DNA of 64,000 nucleotides. It comes from Candidatus Megamonas gallistercoris (GTDB lineage: Bacteria; Bacillota; Negativicutes; Selenomonadales; Selenomonadaceae). The translations under genes and the position numbers were made by a program. The notes under the pieces are model-generated. The model was not told the DNA's origin. It worked only from the letters and a program-made list of their open reading frames with translations, and ran no database searches. The stretch lies in contig DXER01000081.1 in NCBI GenBank assembly GCA_019114805.1, positions 12,976 to 76,975 on the forward strand. Direction: 5' to 3'. Shown piece after piece: positions 10,326 through 19,646 of the stretch (positions are counted from its first letter, which is position 1; each line of letters starts with the position of its first letter).

Positions 10326-10500
10326 GGCTTTTATCCTCCTAATCATGTTATATCACTAATACACACTTTTATCTACATAATTAGTTACTTAGAATGTCTC
10401 CTTAAATAATTAATATATTAGATATTATAAAGTATGGATAGAGACTATAGTCAATAAAATTTTGTAGTTTTGTTATGATGTCAGATACAGCCGGACAAAT

Positions 10501-10526
10501 AAAAAAGCCTGTCGGCTGACAGGCTG
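10501..10526 (-). terminator. Intrinsic terminator after tRNA-Ser
   Basis: AGCCTGTC-GGCT-GACAGGCT hairpin with T-tract on minus strand. Confidence 0.75.
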
Positions 10527-10543
10527 TAAATACTTATGATATA

Positions 10544-10632
10544 TGGCGGAAAGGGTGGGATTCGAACCCACGGTACGTTGCCGTATCACCGGTTTTCAAG
10601 ACCGGCTCCTTAAACCACTCGGACACCTTTCC
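10544..10632 (-). tRNA. tRNA-Ser(TGA)
   Basis: GGAAAGGTGTCCGAGTGG...CCGGTCT-TGA-AAACCGG, long variable arm, GGTTCGAATCC, encoded CCA. Confidence 0.97.
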
Positions 10633-10846
10633 ATAAGATACTATATTAGTATAGCAAGTTTATTTGCAAAATGTCAACTGAAAATTGTCTGTAATTAATT
10701 AAAATGTTGGCAGATAGAAAATTTTGTTCATTGGGTTCATAAAATGTAGAGTTTTCTGATAGAGTAAGATTTTAAGTTTGGTAATTATTAGACTTGTAAA
10801 GTTAAAATAGATGAATTATACTTAATATGCAATATTTACATATGAG

Positions 10847-11010
10847 GACGGTGAATAATAATGGACGATTATCCGGAGAGTAACAGGTTAAATAAAAGAA
10901 AAAGACAATTTAAAATCAAAACGGAAGAACAATCTGCCATTATTCACACTGTCTATAGAAATAACAGCAGGCGGTAGATTTTCTTTCGGCTTCTTGAAAG
11001 GAGAAATCTA
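10847..11010 (+). promoter_or_regulatory. Putative corA leader attenuator with 38-aa uORF (10861-10977)
   Basis: Overlapping alternative stems, one covering the corA SD; uORF MDDYPESNRLNKRKRQFKIKTEEQSAIIHTVYRNNSRR. Confidence 0.5.
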
Positions 11011-11015
11011 TCGCA

Positions 11016-11975
11016 ATGTTGAAAATTTATAAATCCATGGAAAGCGGACCGCTGGAAGAATTAAATCTGAAAACTTTGGAAAAAGGAGCATGGATAAATA
11101 TTGTGGCGCCTACACCGTACGAGTTGAAAGTTGTAGGTAATCTCACGGAAGTTGAACCGGATTTTCTGCGTTCCGCACTGGATAATGAAGAACGTTCCCA
11201 TACGGATATTGAAGATAATTCTATCATGGTCTTAACGAATGTTCCGGTTATGCGTACTTTTGAATCATACGATACATTGCCGTTGGCGATTATTTTGACA
11301 CCGGATTATATAATTACTGTATGTCTTGAAGATACGCCCGTAATATCCGATTTTAACGAAAGGACGTACCGTTCATTTCGTACATTTAAGAAAACTCGTT
11401 TTCTGTTTCAGATACTGTATAAATCCGTAACATATTATTTGAAATATCTGCGGCAGATTGACAAGCTGTCTGATGAAATAGAATCCCGTCTGCGTGAATC
11501 TACTCAGAACAAAGAAATTCTGCGTCTTTTGGAATTACAGAAAGCCCTTACATATTTTAATGCTTCCCTGCGTTCCAATGGTGCAGTGCTGGATAAATTA
11601 ATGCGGCTCCGTTCCAATCATAATCTGCAAAATATTATAAAGCTGTATGAAGAAGATGAGGATTTATTGGAAGATGTCATCATAGAAAATAAGCAGGCAC
11701 GTGAAATGGTTGAAATGTACAGTACAATTTTAGCAAGACTTGCTGATACGTTTTCATCCATAATGTCGAATAATCTTAACTTAGTAATGCGATTTTTAAC
11801 GGCGATAACGATACTTTTAGCCATACCGACGGTAATATCCAGTTTTTTCGGGATGAATGTGGAAGGATTTCCTTCGTTTTCACAGGGAATGTTTGCATTT
11901 GTAGACATATGCGTGATATCCGTAGCATTATCTGTCATATGTGCAACAGTTTTATGGCGAAAAAATATGTTTTGA
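11016..11975 (+). CDS. corA: CorA family Mg2+/Co2+ transporter
   Basis: FFGMNV signature after TM1, two C-terminal TM helices. Confidence 0.95.
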   Translation: MLKIYKSMESGPLEELNLKTLEKGAWINIVAPTPYELKVVGNLTEVEPDFLRSALDNEERSHTDIEDNSIMVLTNVPVMRTFESYDTLPLAIILTPDYIITVCLEDTPVISDFNERTYRSFRTFKKTRFLFQILYKSVTYYLKYLRQIDKLSDEIESRLRESTQNKEILRLLELQKALTYFNASLRSNGAVLDKLMRLRSNHNLQNIIKLYEEDEDLLEDVIIENKQAREMVEMYSTILARLADTFSSIMSNNLNLVMRFLTAITILLAIPTVISSFFGMNVEGFPSFSQGMFAFVDICVISVALSVICATVLWRKNMF

Positions 11976-11990
11976 CGAGGTTGTTTATAT

Positions 11991-12221
11991 ATGAGAACTC
12001 TAATTGAGGCAGAATTGTCCGATGGCGTAATTTACGGTGATAATATTAACGAAGAATACGTTTATATGCCGGCTTCGGAAATCGGTATGGAAAATCCTGT
12101 CTGCATTTTTGAAACAACAGGCGGCAGACAGGATATAACAATGGAGGAAGCTTTAAAAATCGTTACGAAACGCAGTTTAAAACCGGTGCGTCATCCAAGG
12201 TTCGGTCTGTCGTCGTGTTGA
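11991..12221 (+). CDS. Small hypothetical protein
   Basis: 76-aa ORF with GAGG RBS in operon context. Confidence 0.65.
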   Translation: MRTLIEAELSDGVIYGDNINEEYVYMPASEIGMENPVCIFETTGGRQDITMEEALKIVTKRSLKPVRHPRFGLSSC

Positions 12222-12240
12222 AAAAAGGGAGGCGTAAAAT

Positions 12241-12441
12241 ATGCTGGTAATATCTTCATCCGATTTGTTGAATGAATTTACGTTGTATGCGGATAAAGCT
12301 GTGGATGAAAAGGAAACATTAATAGTACAACGCAGTAGCGGAAAAAATCTTGTTGTCATGTCAATGGAGCAATACAATGAAATGCAAAAAAAGATTTTTT
12401 TAGCTAAAGAAGCTGCAAACGGTGAGGTTAAAAATGGATAA
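12241..12441 (+). CDS. Phd/YefM-family antitoxin-like protein (no adjacent toxin)
   Basis: ETLIVQR..GKNLVVMSMEQYN pattern; RBS GGAGG. Confidence 0.75.
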   Translation: MLVISSSDLLNEFTLYADKAVDEKETLIVQRSSGKNLVVMSMEQYNEMQKKIFLAKEAANGEVKNG

Positions 12442-12763
12442 TGAGGTACATGAGCATGTTCATGCAGACGGAACGGTGCATATACATCATGGACATGCTC
12501 ATTCGCATACACAGACAAAAGTGGTTTTAAACAGACTGTCAAGAGCCATCGGTCATTTAAATGCGGTTAAACGCATGGTGGAGCAGGGCAGGGACTGCAG
12601 TGACGTGCTAATTCAGCTGTCAGCTGTAAACTCTGCATTGCAAAATGTTTCCAAAATCATATTGAAAGACCATATCGAACACTGCCTGGTGGAGGCTGTG
12701 AAGGAAGATGACAGGGAAGCTATCGATAAACTGAAAGAAGCTATTGATAAATTCATAAAATAA
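12434..12763 (+). CDS. CsoR/RcnR family metal-sensing repressor with His-rich N-terminus
   Basis: RLSRAIGHL..VKRMVE.GRDC.DVLIQL, HIEHC motifs. Confidence 0.92.
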   Translation: MDNEVHEHVHADGTVHIHHGHAHSHTQTKVVLNRLSRAIGHLNAVKRMVEQGRDCSDVLIQLSAVNSALQNVSKIILKDHIEHCLVEAVKEDDREAIDKLKEAIDKFIK

Positions 12764-12930
12764 AAAGACCCTTAAATTTTTATTTGGGGGTCTTTTTGTA
12801 TTTTGCATACAAAATTTCGTGAAAATTAGAATAAATTATAGAAGTATTGTATTTTTTTATAATCAATGCTAAATTAAATAATGTTAGGTTATAATAAATT
12901 TTTATGAATTTCTGGGCTGGGATGAAGACG

Positions 12931-13797
12931 ATGATAACGATTAATGCTAATGCAAAAATAAATCTTACTTTGGACATATTGGGTAAACGTGCTGACGGTT
13001 ATCATGAAGTCAGTATGATAATGCAGTCGATAAATCTTTTTGATACCCTGACGCTGCAGAAACTGGATAAAAAAGAAATTGTTCTGCACGGTGATGTCAG
13101 AGGCGTTGCTAAAATGCAGGATAATTTGATATATAAAGCAGCTCAGTTGTTTTTAAATACATATAAAATAAATAGCGGCGTGGAAATAAATCTGATAAAA
13201 CGCATTCCGATAGCAGCGGGGCTTGCCGGCGGAAGTACGGATGCGGCAGCGACGCTTCGCGGACTTAATGAATTGTTCGAGACGAATTTATCGATTATGG
13301 CTTTATGCGAAATGGGCGCAAAGCTGGGGTCGGATATTCCTTTTTGTATTATGGGCGGAACAATGCTGGCTACAGGCCGCGGCGAAATTTTGGCGCAGGT
13401 GGCAGCTATGCCGAAAGTCAGTCTCGTTTTAGTTAAGCCGAGATTTGATGTTTCTACTGCCTGGGTATATAAAAATTATCATGCAGTGGAAGAAAAGGTT
13501 GTTCATCCTGATAATAAAAAAATGCGCAAGGCGCTGCTTATGAAAGATATAAGCCGAATTTGCGATTGTATGGGAAATGTGCTGGAATATGTGACAATCA
13601 GTAAATATCCGCAGATTGAAGCAATAAAACAGAAATTGTGCAGTTACGGAGCAAAAGCGGCTATGATGTCAGGTAGCGGTCCTACCGTATTTGCCGTAGT
13701 GGAAAGTAAAGAGTTGGCTGAAAAAATTGCAGATAAAATTCGAAATGATTTTGAAGCAGATATATTTGCCGTAGAAACGGCTTTAAAAAATTTTTAA
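12931..13797 (+). CDS. ispE: 4-diphosphocytidyl-2-C-methyl-D-erythritol kinase
   Basis: AKINLTLDI.GKR.DGYH, PIAAGLAGGSTDAAA, MMSGSGPT. Confidence 0.97.
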   Translation: MITINANAKINLTLDILGKRADGYHEVSMIMQSINLFDTLTLQKLDKKEIVLHGDVRGVAKMQDNLIYKAAQLFLNTYKINSGVEINLIKRIPIAAGLAGGSTDAAATLRGLNELFETNLSIMALCEMGAKLGSDIPFCIMGGTMLATGRGEILAQVAAMPKVSLVLVKPRFDVSTAWVYKNYHAVEEKVVHPDNKKMRKALLMKDISRICDCMGNVLEYVTISKYPQIEAIKQKLCSYGAKAAMMSGSGPTVFAVVESKELAEKIADKIRNDFEADIFAVETALKNF

Positions 13798-13810
13798 TGG
13801 AGGTATTGGT

Positions 13811-14500
13811 ATGAATAGTAAACTTGCGCCGATTAAGTTGGATAGTTATCAGCCGCTGCGTGAAGTGGTTTTTGAAACGCTTAGAGATGCGATAAGAAAA
13901 GGTATTTTAAAACCGGGTGAACGTTTGATGGAAATTCATCTGGCAGAACAGCTCGGTGTCAGCCGTACTCCGGTACGTGAAGCTATCCGCAAGCTGGAGC
14001 TGGAAGGCTATGTAATAATGATGCCTCGTCGCGGCACATATGTATCAAATTTATCCATTAAAGATATTAATGAAGTTTTTGAAATTCGCACTTCGCTGGA
14101 CTCATTGGCAAGCGGGCTGGCGGCTGAACGAATAACCGATGACGAACTGGAACAGTTGCAAAGACTGTTGGTAATTATCGGTGAAGCGATAAAAGATAAA
14201 GATATGGATAAAATAGTTGAAGCGGATACGAAATTTCATGATTTACTGTATCAGGCAAGTCGTAATAACCGTCTGGTAGGCATCATCTATAACCTCAGAG
14301 AACAGCTTACCAGTTTCAGGGCAAAATCCATGGCTTATCCGGGCAGACTGGAAGAAACGCTGGAAGAGCATCGCCGTATAGTGGATACGATTGCGCAGGG
14401 TGATGTGGAAGGAGCGCAGAAAGCTTCCGAATATCATATGGAACGTTCGGAGCATACACTGCTTCTCAGTATGGAAGATAAAGAAGGAAATATGGAATAA
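13811..14500 (+). CDS. GntR (FCD) family transcriptional regulator
   Basis: LKPGERL.E..LAEQLGVSRTPVREA; typical position after ispE. Confidence 0.95.
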   Translation: MNSKLAPIKLDSYQPLREVVFETLRDAIRKGILKPGERLMEIHLAEQLGVSRTPVREAIRKLELEGYVIMMPRRGTYVSNLSIKDINEVFEIRTSLDSLASGLAAERITDDELEQLQRLLVIIGEAIKDKDMDKIVEADTKFHDLLYQASRNNRLVGIIYNLREQLTSFRAKSMAYPGRLEETLEEHRRIVDTIAQGDVEGAQKASEYHMERSEHTLLLSMEDKEGNME

Positions 14501-14606
14501 TTTGCTATAATAAGCAATAGATTATATGATATAATAAATATATACTTGTTGTGTCCGTACTGTTTGAAAAAATAACTGGTACAGCGGATAAGTATATATC
14601 AATAAA

Positions 14607-16013
14607 TTGATGAAATCAGAAAAAAGGAAAGTGAATTTTACGGTGAAATCAGATGGATTGATTACAATTATACTGGCGGCAGGTAAAGGAACACGCATGA
14701 AATCCAAATTGCCGAAAGTCCTGCACTGCGCAGGCGGTAAGCCTATGGTGAAACATGTGCTTGATGCTGCCAAGGAAGCTGGTTCCACGCATAATATCGT
14801 TGTAGTAGGTTTTGGTCATGAACAGGTGCAGCAGGCACTAGAAGGTCAGGCTGAAATTGTTTTGCAAAAAGAACAGCTCGGCACAGGTCATGCCGTAATG
14901 CAGGCACAGCCGCTTGCTACGAATTACGATGCTTCCGTCATGGTGCTTTGCGGTGATACGCCGCTTGTAACAGGAAGCATGTTGAAAAAATTCTATAAGG
15001 AACATGTAGCATCCGAAGCGAAAGCTTCCGTGCTTACGACGATTATGCCGGATCCGTTCGGTTATGGTCGTGTTGTTCGCGGTGCGGACGGATGTGTAGA
15101 AAAGATTGTTGAACAAAAAGATGCTACGGAAAGCGAACTCGCTATTGATGAAATCAATACAGGCATTTATTGTTTTAATGCCCAGGCATTGTTTGAAAGT
15201 CTTAAAAAAGTGAATAACGATAATGCTCAGGGCGAATATTATTTGCCGGACGTATTGTCTATTTTGCGCGAAGAAGGTCAAAAAATCAATGCCTCCATTG
15301 CGGACAACTATGAGGATACATTGGGTATCAACAGCCGTCAGCAGCTGGCAAACGCGGAAAGAATTATCCGTCAGCGTAAAAATAATGAACTTATGGCACA
15401 GGGCGTTACTTTAATGGACCCTGCTACGACTTATATCGATTATGATGTGCAAATCGGTCAGGATACAGTAATTTATCCGTCTACATGGATTGAAGGCAAC
15501 AGCAAAATCGGCGAAAACTGCAAAATCGGTCCGAACAGCCGCTTAAATAATGTGGTTATGGGCGATAATGTAGAAGCGATGTTTGTTTTCGGCGAAGATT
15601 GTGAAGTTGCCGACAACGTAAAAATGGGACCATACGTACATCTTCGTCCTAATACGAAAATTGCCGCTAAAGTTAAAATCGGCAATTTCGTAGAAGTTAA
15701 GAATTCAACAATCGGAGAAGGTTCCAAACTGCCGCACCTCAGCTATATCGGTGACACGGATATGGGTTCAGGCGTAAATATGGGTTGCGGTACGATTACC
15801 GTAAACTATGACGGTAAGAATAAATTCCGTACTGTAATCGGTGATGACTGCTTCATCGGCTGCAATTCCAATCTGGTGGCACCTGTAAAAATTAATAACG
15901 GAGCATATGTAGGTGCCGGTTCTACTATTACGAAGGAAGTACCGGAAAATGCACTTGCTATTGCCCGTGAAAGACAGAAAAATATTGAACACTGGAAAGA
16001 TAAAAGAAAATAA
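14607..16013 (+). CDS. glmU: Bifunctional UDP-GlcNAc pyrophosphorylase / GlcN-1-P acetyltransferase (start may be GTG 14643)
   Basis: ILAAGKGTRMKS.LPKVLH, QLGTGHAV, hexapeptide repeats. Confidence 0.97.
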   Translation: MMKSEKRKVNFTVKSDGLITIILAAGKGTRMKSKLPKVLHCAGGKPMVKHVLDAAKEAGSTHNIVVVGFGHEQVQQALEGQAEIVLQKEQLGTGHAVMQAQPLATNYDASVMVLCGDTPLVTGSMLKKFYKEHVASEAKASVLTTIMPDPFGYGRVVRGADGCVEKIVEQKDATESELAIDEINTGIYCFNAQALFESLKKVNNDNAQGEYYLPDVLSILREEGQKINASIADNYEDTLGINSRQQLANAERIIRQRKNNELMAQGVTLMDPATTYIDYDVQIGQDTVIYPSTWIEGNSKIGENCKIGPNSRLNNVVMGDNVEAMFVFGEDCEVADNVKMGPYVHLRPNTKIAAKVKIGNFVEVKNSTIGEGSKLPHLSYIGDTDMGSGVNMGCGTITVNYDGKNKFRTVIGDDCFIGCNSNLVAPVKINNGAYVGAGSTITKEVPENALAIARERQKNIEHWKDKRK

Positions 16014-16117
16014 AATTTCACTATCATGGTTTAATAAAATTAATCTTGTTAGTAATGTAAATAACTACATTATTATATGTTATTTATTTATTTTTTATAT
16101 ATCTCAGGAGGAGTAAA

Positions 16118-17092
16118 ATGAACTTCGATACCTCAAAATTATGTATTCTCACTGGTAATGCCAATCCTAAATTAGCGCAGGAAGTTGCGCAGTATATCGG
16201 TGTAGAATTATGTCATGCTTTTGTAGGTCATTTCAATAATGGCGAAACTCAGGTAATGATTAGCGAAAGCATTCGCGGTAAGGATGTATTCATCATTCAG
16301 CCTACCAGCCAGCCAGTAAATGATAATCTCATGGAACTTCTGGTTATGGCTGATGCTTGCCGCAGAGCTTCTGCACAGAGTATTACCGCTGTTGTGCCAT
16401 ATTATGCTTATTCCCGTCAGGACCGCAAAACACGTGGTCGTGAACCTATCTCTGCCAAACTGGTGGCAAATCTGATGACGACAGCCGGCGTAACCCGTGT
16501 CGTAACTGTCGATTTACATGCAGGTCAAATTCAAGGTTTCTTTGATATTCCGGTAGACCATTTAGCAGCTGCACCGCTTCTGGCAAGCTATATTCAGGGT
16601 AAAAATCTTGATGATGTAGTTGTAGTATCCCCGGACCTCGGTGGCGTAACACGTGCGCGTGCTTTGGCTGACAGACTGAAAGCACCTATCGCTATTATTG
16701 AAAAACGTCGTCCGAAACCGGGCTGTGCTAAAGTTATGAGCCTTATCGGTGAAGTTAAGGATAAAAACTGCGTTATCATCGATGATATCGTGGATACTGC
16801 CGGTTCCTTATGTGAAGGTGCAAAGGCACTTGTAGCACATGGAGCTAAATCCGTATATGCTTGCTGTACGCACGGTATTTTAAGCGACCCGGCCGTTCAG
16901 CGCATTGAGGACTCTCCAATGGAAGAATTGATTATCACCAATACTATTCCGTTACCTGAAGAAAAACATTCTAGCAAGATTATTTCTTTATCTATGGCTG
17001 CTCCAATCGGAGAAGTTATTGCCCGTATTTATCAGAAAAAATCTGTAAGTAAACTTTTTGATGCCATTGATATTATCAAAGGTAAAGGCTGA
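16118..17092 (+). CDS. prs: Ribose-phosphate pyrophosphokinase
   Basis: [31 protein letters not shown]. Confidence 0.98.
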   Translation: MNFDTSKLCILTGNANPKLAQEVAQYIGVELCHAFVGHFNNGETQVMISESIRGKDVFIIQPTSQPVNDNLMELLVMADACRRASAQSITAVVPYYAYSRQDRKTRGREPISAKLVANLMTTAGVTRVVTVDLHAGQIQGFFDIPVDHLAAAPLLASYIQGKNLDDVVVVSPDLGGVTRARALADRLKAPIAIIEKRRPKPGCAKVMSLIGEVKDKNCVIIDDIVDTAGSLCEGAKALVAHGAKSVYACCTHGILSDPAVQRIEDSPMEELIITNTIPLPEEKHSSKIISLSMAAPIGEVIARIYQKKSVSKLFDAIDIIKGKG

Positions 17093-17234
17093 TAAATAAA
17101 TATAATGATAAAAGAAAAGGTCTCTATTTAGAGGCCTTTTTTCTAAATTAGGCAGAGATTAATTAGTTCAGATTATTTTAAGGTAGATAGCATATATTAA
17201 ATAAAAAATAAAATATTTGGAGGATAGGCTTTTT

Positions 17235-18053
17235 ATGTTTGCGATAGAAATAATCAAGGCTATTGTATTAGGCGTTGTTGAAGGGCTAACGGAATGGCTG
17301 CCGGTCAGCAGTACGGGTCATATGATTTTAGTGGATGAGTTCATGCGTTTGAATGTAAGCAAGGATTTTATGGATATGTTCCTTGTTGTAATTCAGCTTG
17401 GAGCTATTTTAGCTGTAGTTGTTTTGAACTTTGAGCGATTAAATCCGTTTTCACGCCAAAAAACATATCTGAAAAAAAGACAGACAGTTACTTTATGGAG
17501 TAAAGTTATTGTAGGCTGTCTGCCGGCAGCGGTAATCGGCTTAGCGTTAAACGATTTTATGGAAGAACATTTGATGAATGCTTATGTTGTAGCGGCAATG
17601 CTTATTTTATACGGTGTGTTGTTCATTGTAGTGGAAAATTATAATAAGCATCGTCGACCGACGATTACAGATGTAGATAATCTGGATTATAAAACAGCAC
17701 TTATTATCGGCTTTTTCCAGGTACTTTCTCTGGTGCCAGGTACATCACGTTCCGGCTCTACGATTTTAGGCGGTATTTTATTTGGAACAAGTCGTGTCGT
17801 AGCAACGGAATATACGTTTTTCCTGGCTATTCCGGTCATGTTCGGTGCAAGCGCATTGAAATTGTTCAAATTCGGTCTCATTTTTTCTTTTGAAGAAGCA
17901 ATATTATTGCTGGTAGGTATGGTAGTAGCATTTATTGTATCCATTATATCCATTAAGTTCCTGCTTCGTTACGTAAGAACAAATGATTTTAAAGCTTTCG
18001 GCTGGTACCGTATTATCATCGGAATTTTAGTGTTTATATTTATTTACATTTAA
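17235..18053 (+). CDS. uppP: Undecaprenyl-diphosphate phosphatase
   Basis: [25 protein letters not shown]. Confidence 0.96.
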   Translation: MFAIEIIKAIVLGVVEGLTEWLPVSSTGHMILVDEFMRLNVSKDFMDMFLVVIQLGAILAVVVLNFERLNPFSRQKTYLKKRQTVTLWSKVIVGCLPAAVIGLALNDFMEEHLMNAYVVAAMLILYGVLFIVVENYNKHRRPTITDVDNLDYKTALIIGFFQVLSLVPGTSRSGSTILGGILFGTSRVVATEYTFFLAIPVMFGASALKLFKFGLIFSFEEAILLLVGMVVAFIVSIISIKFLLRYVRTNDFKAFGWYRIIIGILVFIFIYI

Positions 18054-18061
18054 ATTTAAAT

Positions 18062-18106
18062 AAAAAGGCTGAAGCATGAAATAATTTTTCATGCTTCAGC
18101 CTTTTT
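18062..18106. terminator. Bidirectional intrinsic terminator
   Basis: AAAAAGGCTGAAGCATGAAA...TTTCATGCTTCAGCCTTTTT. Confidence 0.85.
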
Positions 18107-18946
18107 CTATTTGTAAGAAAAACCTTTTCCGTTTACTTCGGAAGCGTTGGCGATTATAAAAAATGCCTTAGAGTCTATTTTTAAAGCTATTTCTTTTATT
18201 TTACTGAGTTGAGTAAGTGTAATTACGACATAAAGAATACGTTTTTTCGTATGAGTATAACCGCCTTCTCCTTCGATGAACGTAACGCCTCGCCCCAGTT
18301 CATGCATGATATGTTCAGCTATTTCGGCTGATTTGTCGGATACTATCATAATGGATTTGCGTCTGTTGAAACCGGTAACGATGCGGTTATCGACTTCACC
18401 CATGATGTACATATAAATTAATGTATAGATAGCAACCTCAAAATTGAACAGGCATAAACCGCATAAAACGATGAGACAGTTTAAAGCGAATATCATGGTA
18501 CCGATATTGTAGGAATAGAGCTTTCGGATTAAAGCGGCAACAACATCAGCACCGCCGGTATTGGCACTGGCGCGCAGGATTAAACCGAAACCTATACCGG
18601 AGACTACGCCGGCAACGATGGCAGAAAGCATCGGATTGTTATGTAGAGGCGTATACGGGGTCAGGAATGAGGTCAAATCAATAAAGAACGAATAGAGAAA
18701 TGTCCCTAAAATTGTGTTGAAAAAATACCGCTTACCGAAGAAATGGTATGCAATATATAAAATAGGAATATTGAATACAATATTCTGCATACCTATCGGA
18801 AATCCAAATAAGTAATGCAAAATAATGGCGATACCGGTTATGCCACCGGACAGAAAATGATTGGGAATTAAGAAAAGATTACAGGAGATGGCGGAAATAA
18901 GAGCGCCGCATACTATCATAGTATACTGTAAAACATATTTTTGCAT
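18107..18946 (-). CDS. YitT family membrane protein (DUF2179 C-terminus)
   Basis: SGGITGIA, NTGGAD, RGVT..EGGYT, IDSKAF motifs. Confidence 0.92.
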   Translation of the reverse strand: MQKYVLQYTMIVCGALISAISCNLFLIPNHFLSGGITGIAIILHYLFGFPIGMQNIVFNIPILYIAYHFFGKRYFFNTILGTFLYSFFIDLTSFLTPYTPLHNNPMLSAIVAGVVSGIGFGLILRASANTGGADVVAALIRKLYSYNIGTMIFALNCLIVLCGLCLFNFEVAIYTLIYMYIMGEVDNRIVTGFNRRKSIMIVSDKSAEIAEHIMHELGRGVTFIEGEGGYTHTKKRILYVVITLTQLSKIKEIALKIDSKAFFIIANASEVNGKGFSYK

Positions 18947-19092
18947 AAAGTGTTTACCTCTATAAATTATTGCTATCCATATTATACATGATATGAAATT
19001 TAAGGCAAATATTTTTTCGCTTAAAAAAAGAAAAACAGTTGCAAGAGGGAAGTTTTATGATTGCAACTGTTTATATTTATTTTAGGATTTTA

Positions 19093-19440
19093 TTATAATT
19101 TTTGAATGCGTTTTACTTCAAGGTCGATACCGTACCAGTCTTTATCAACTTCTGCTAAAATGCGAACCGGTGTATCCATTTCTAAAATATAGCGGCAGTC
19201 GTCGTCAACTTCTACATTGATTTCCGTGCCAGCAGTATCTCTGAAAGTGAATACGTCTTTATAGAGATGTTTAACAAATTTGCCGTCGATGGCAACATGC
19301 TGGTCGTCATAGGCATTTTTCTGTACTTCAGCGATTGTGGTAGGCTGTATATTAGGATTGTATTTAGCGGCAAATACTGCGGCACTGCCTAATACACAGA
19401 TGACAAGAACACTTAAAAGAGCAACGAGTAATTTTTTCAT
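19093..19440 (-). CDS. YgiW/YdeI (BOF, bacterial OB-fold) secreted stress protein
   Basis: Signal peptide; DD.HV.IDG..VKHL..D.FTFRD.AG.EI.VEVDD...EVDKD. Confidence 0.85.
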   Translation of the reverse strand: MKKLLVALLSVLVICVLGSAAVFAAKYNPNIQPTTIAEVQKNAYDDQHVAIDGKFVKHLYKDVFTFRDTAGTEINVEVDDDCRYILEMDTPVRILAEVDKDWYGIDLEVKRIQKL

Positions 19441-19530
19441 AAGAATATCCTCCATATATATAAATTATTTTTATTACATTTTCAGGTAAGGTACATCCAA
19501 CATCTTACACCTATATAATAAACAACGAAT

Positions 19531-19570
19531 ATTAAAAGAAAATTACAACTAAATTAAAATTTGATTAAAA
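19531..19570. promoter_or_regulatory. Four 11-bp-phased ATTAMAA direct repeats (OmpR/PhoB-type binding site)
   Basis: ATTAAAA 19531, ATTACAA 19542, ATTAAAA 19553, ATTAAAA 19564; 10 bp from a minus-strand TATTAT -10. Confidence 0.6.
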
Positions 19571-19646
19571 ATGTACAATACTACTTTTTATTTTGTATAA
19601 AACATGGTTTTATATAAGTAGGAGATTTTTTAGAGGAGGAGTTGTT

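Larger units (their letters stand above)
8777..10399 (-). mobile_element. Non-autonomous IS607-family element (internally deleted tnpA + tnpB)
   Basis: AG dinucleotide at both ends; subterminal inverted motif TAGACAAAAGTGT (8792-8804) / ACACTTTTATCTA (10363-10375); removal restores AAGGAGG-aattttt-ATG. Confidence 0.85.

Noticed and set aside
8777-10399. IStron (group I intron fused to IS607)
   Set aside because: Only ~55-75 bp between the left end and tnpA, too short for a group I intron core
10544-10632. tRNA-Ser as attachment site of a genomic island
   Set aside because: No integrase and no duplicated tRNA 3' end seen in the window
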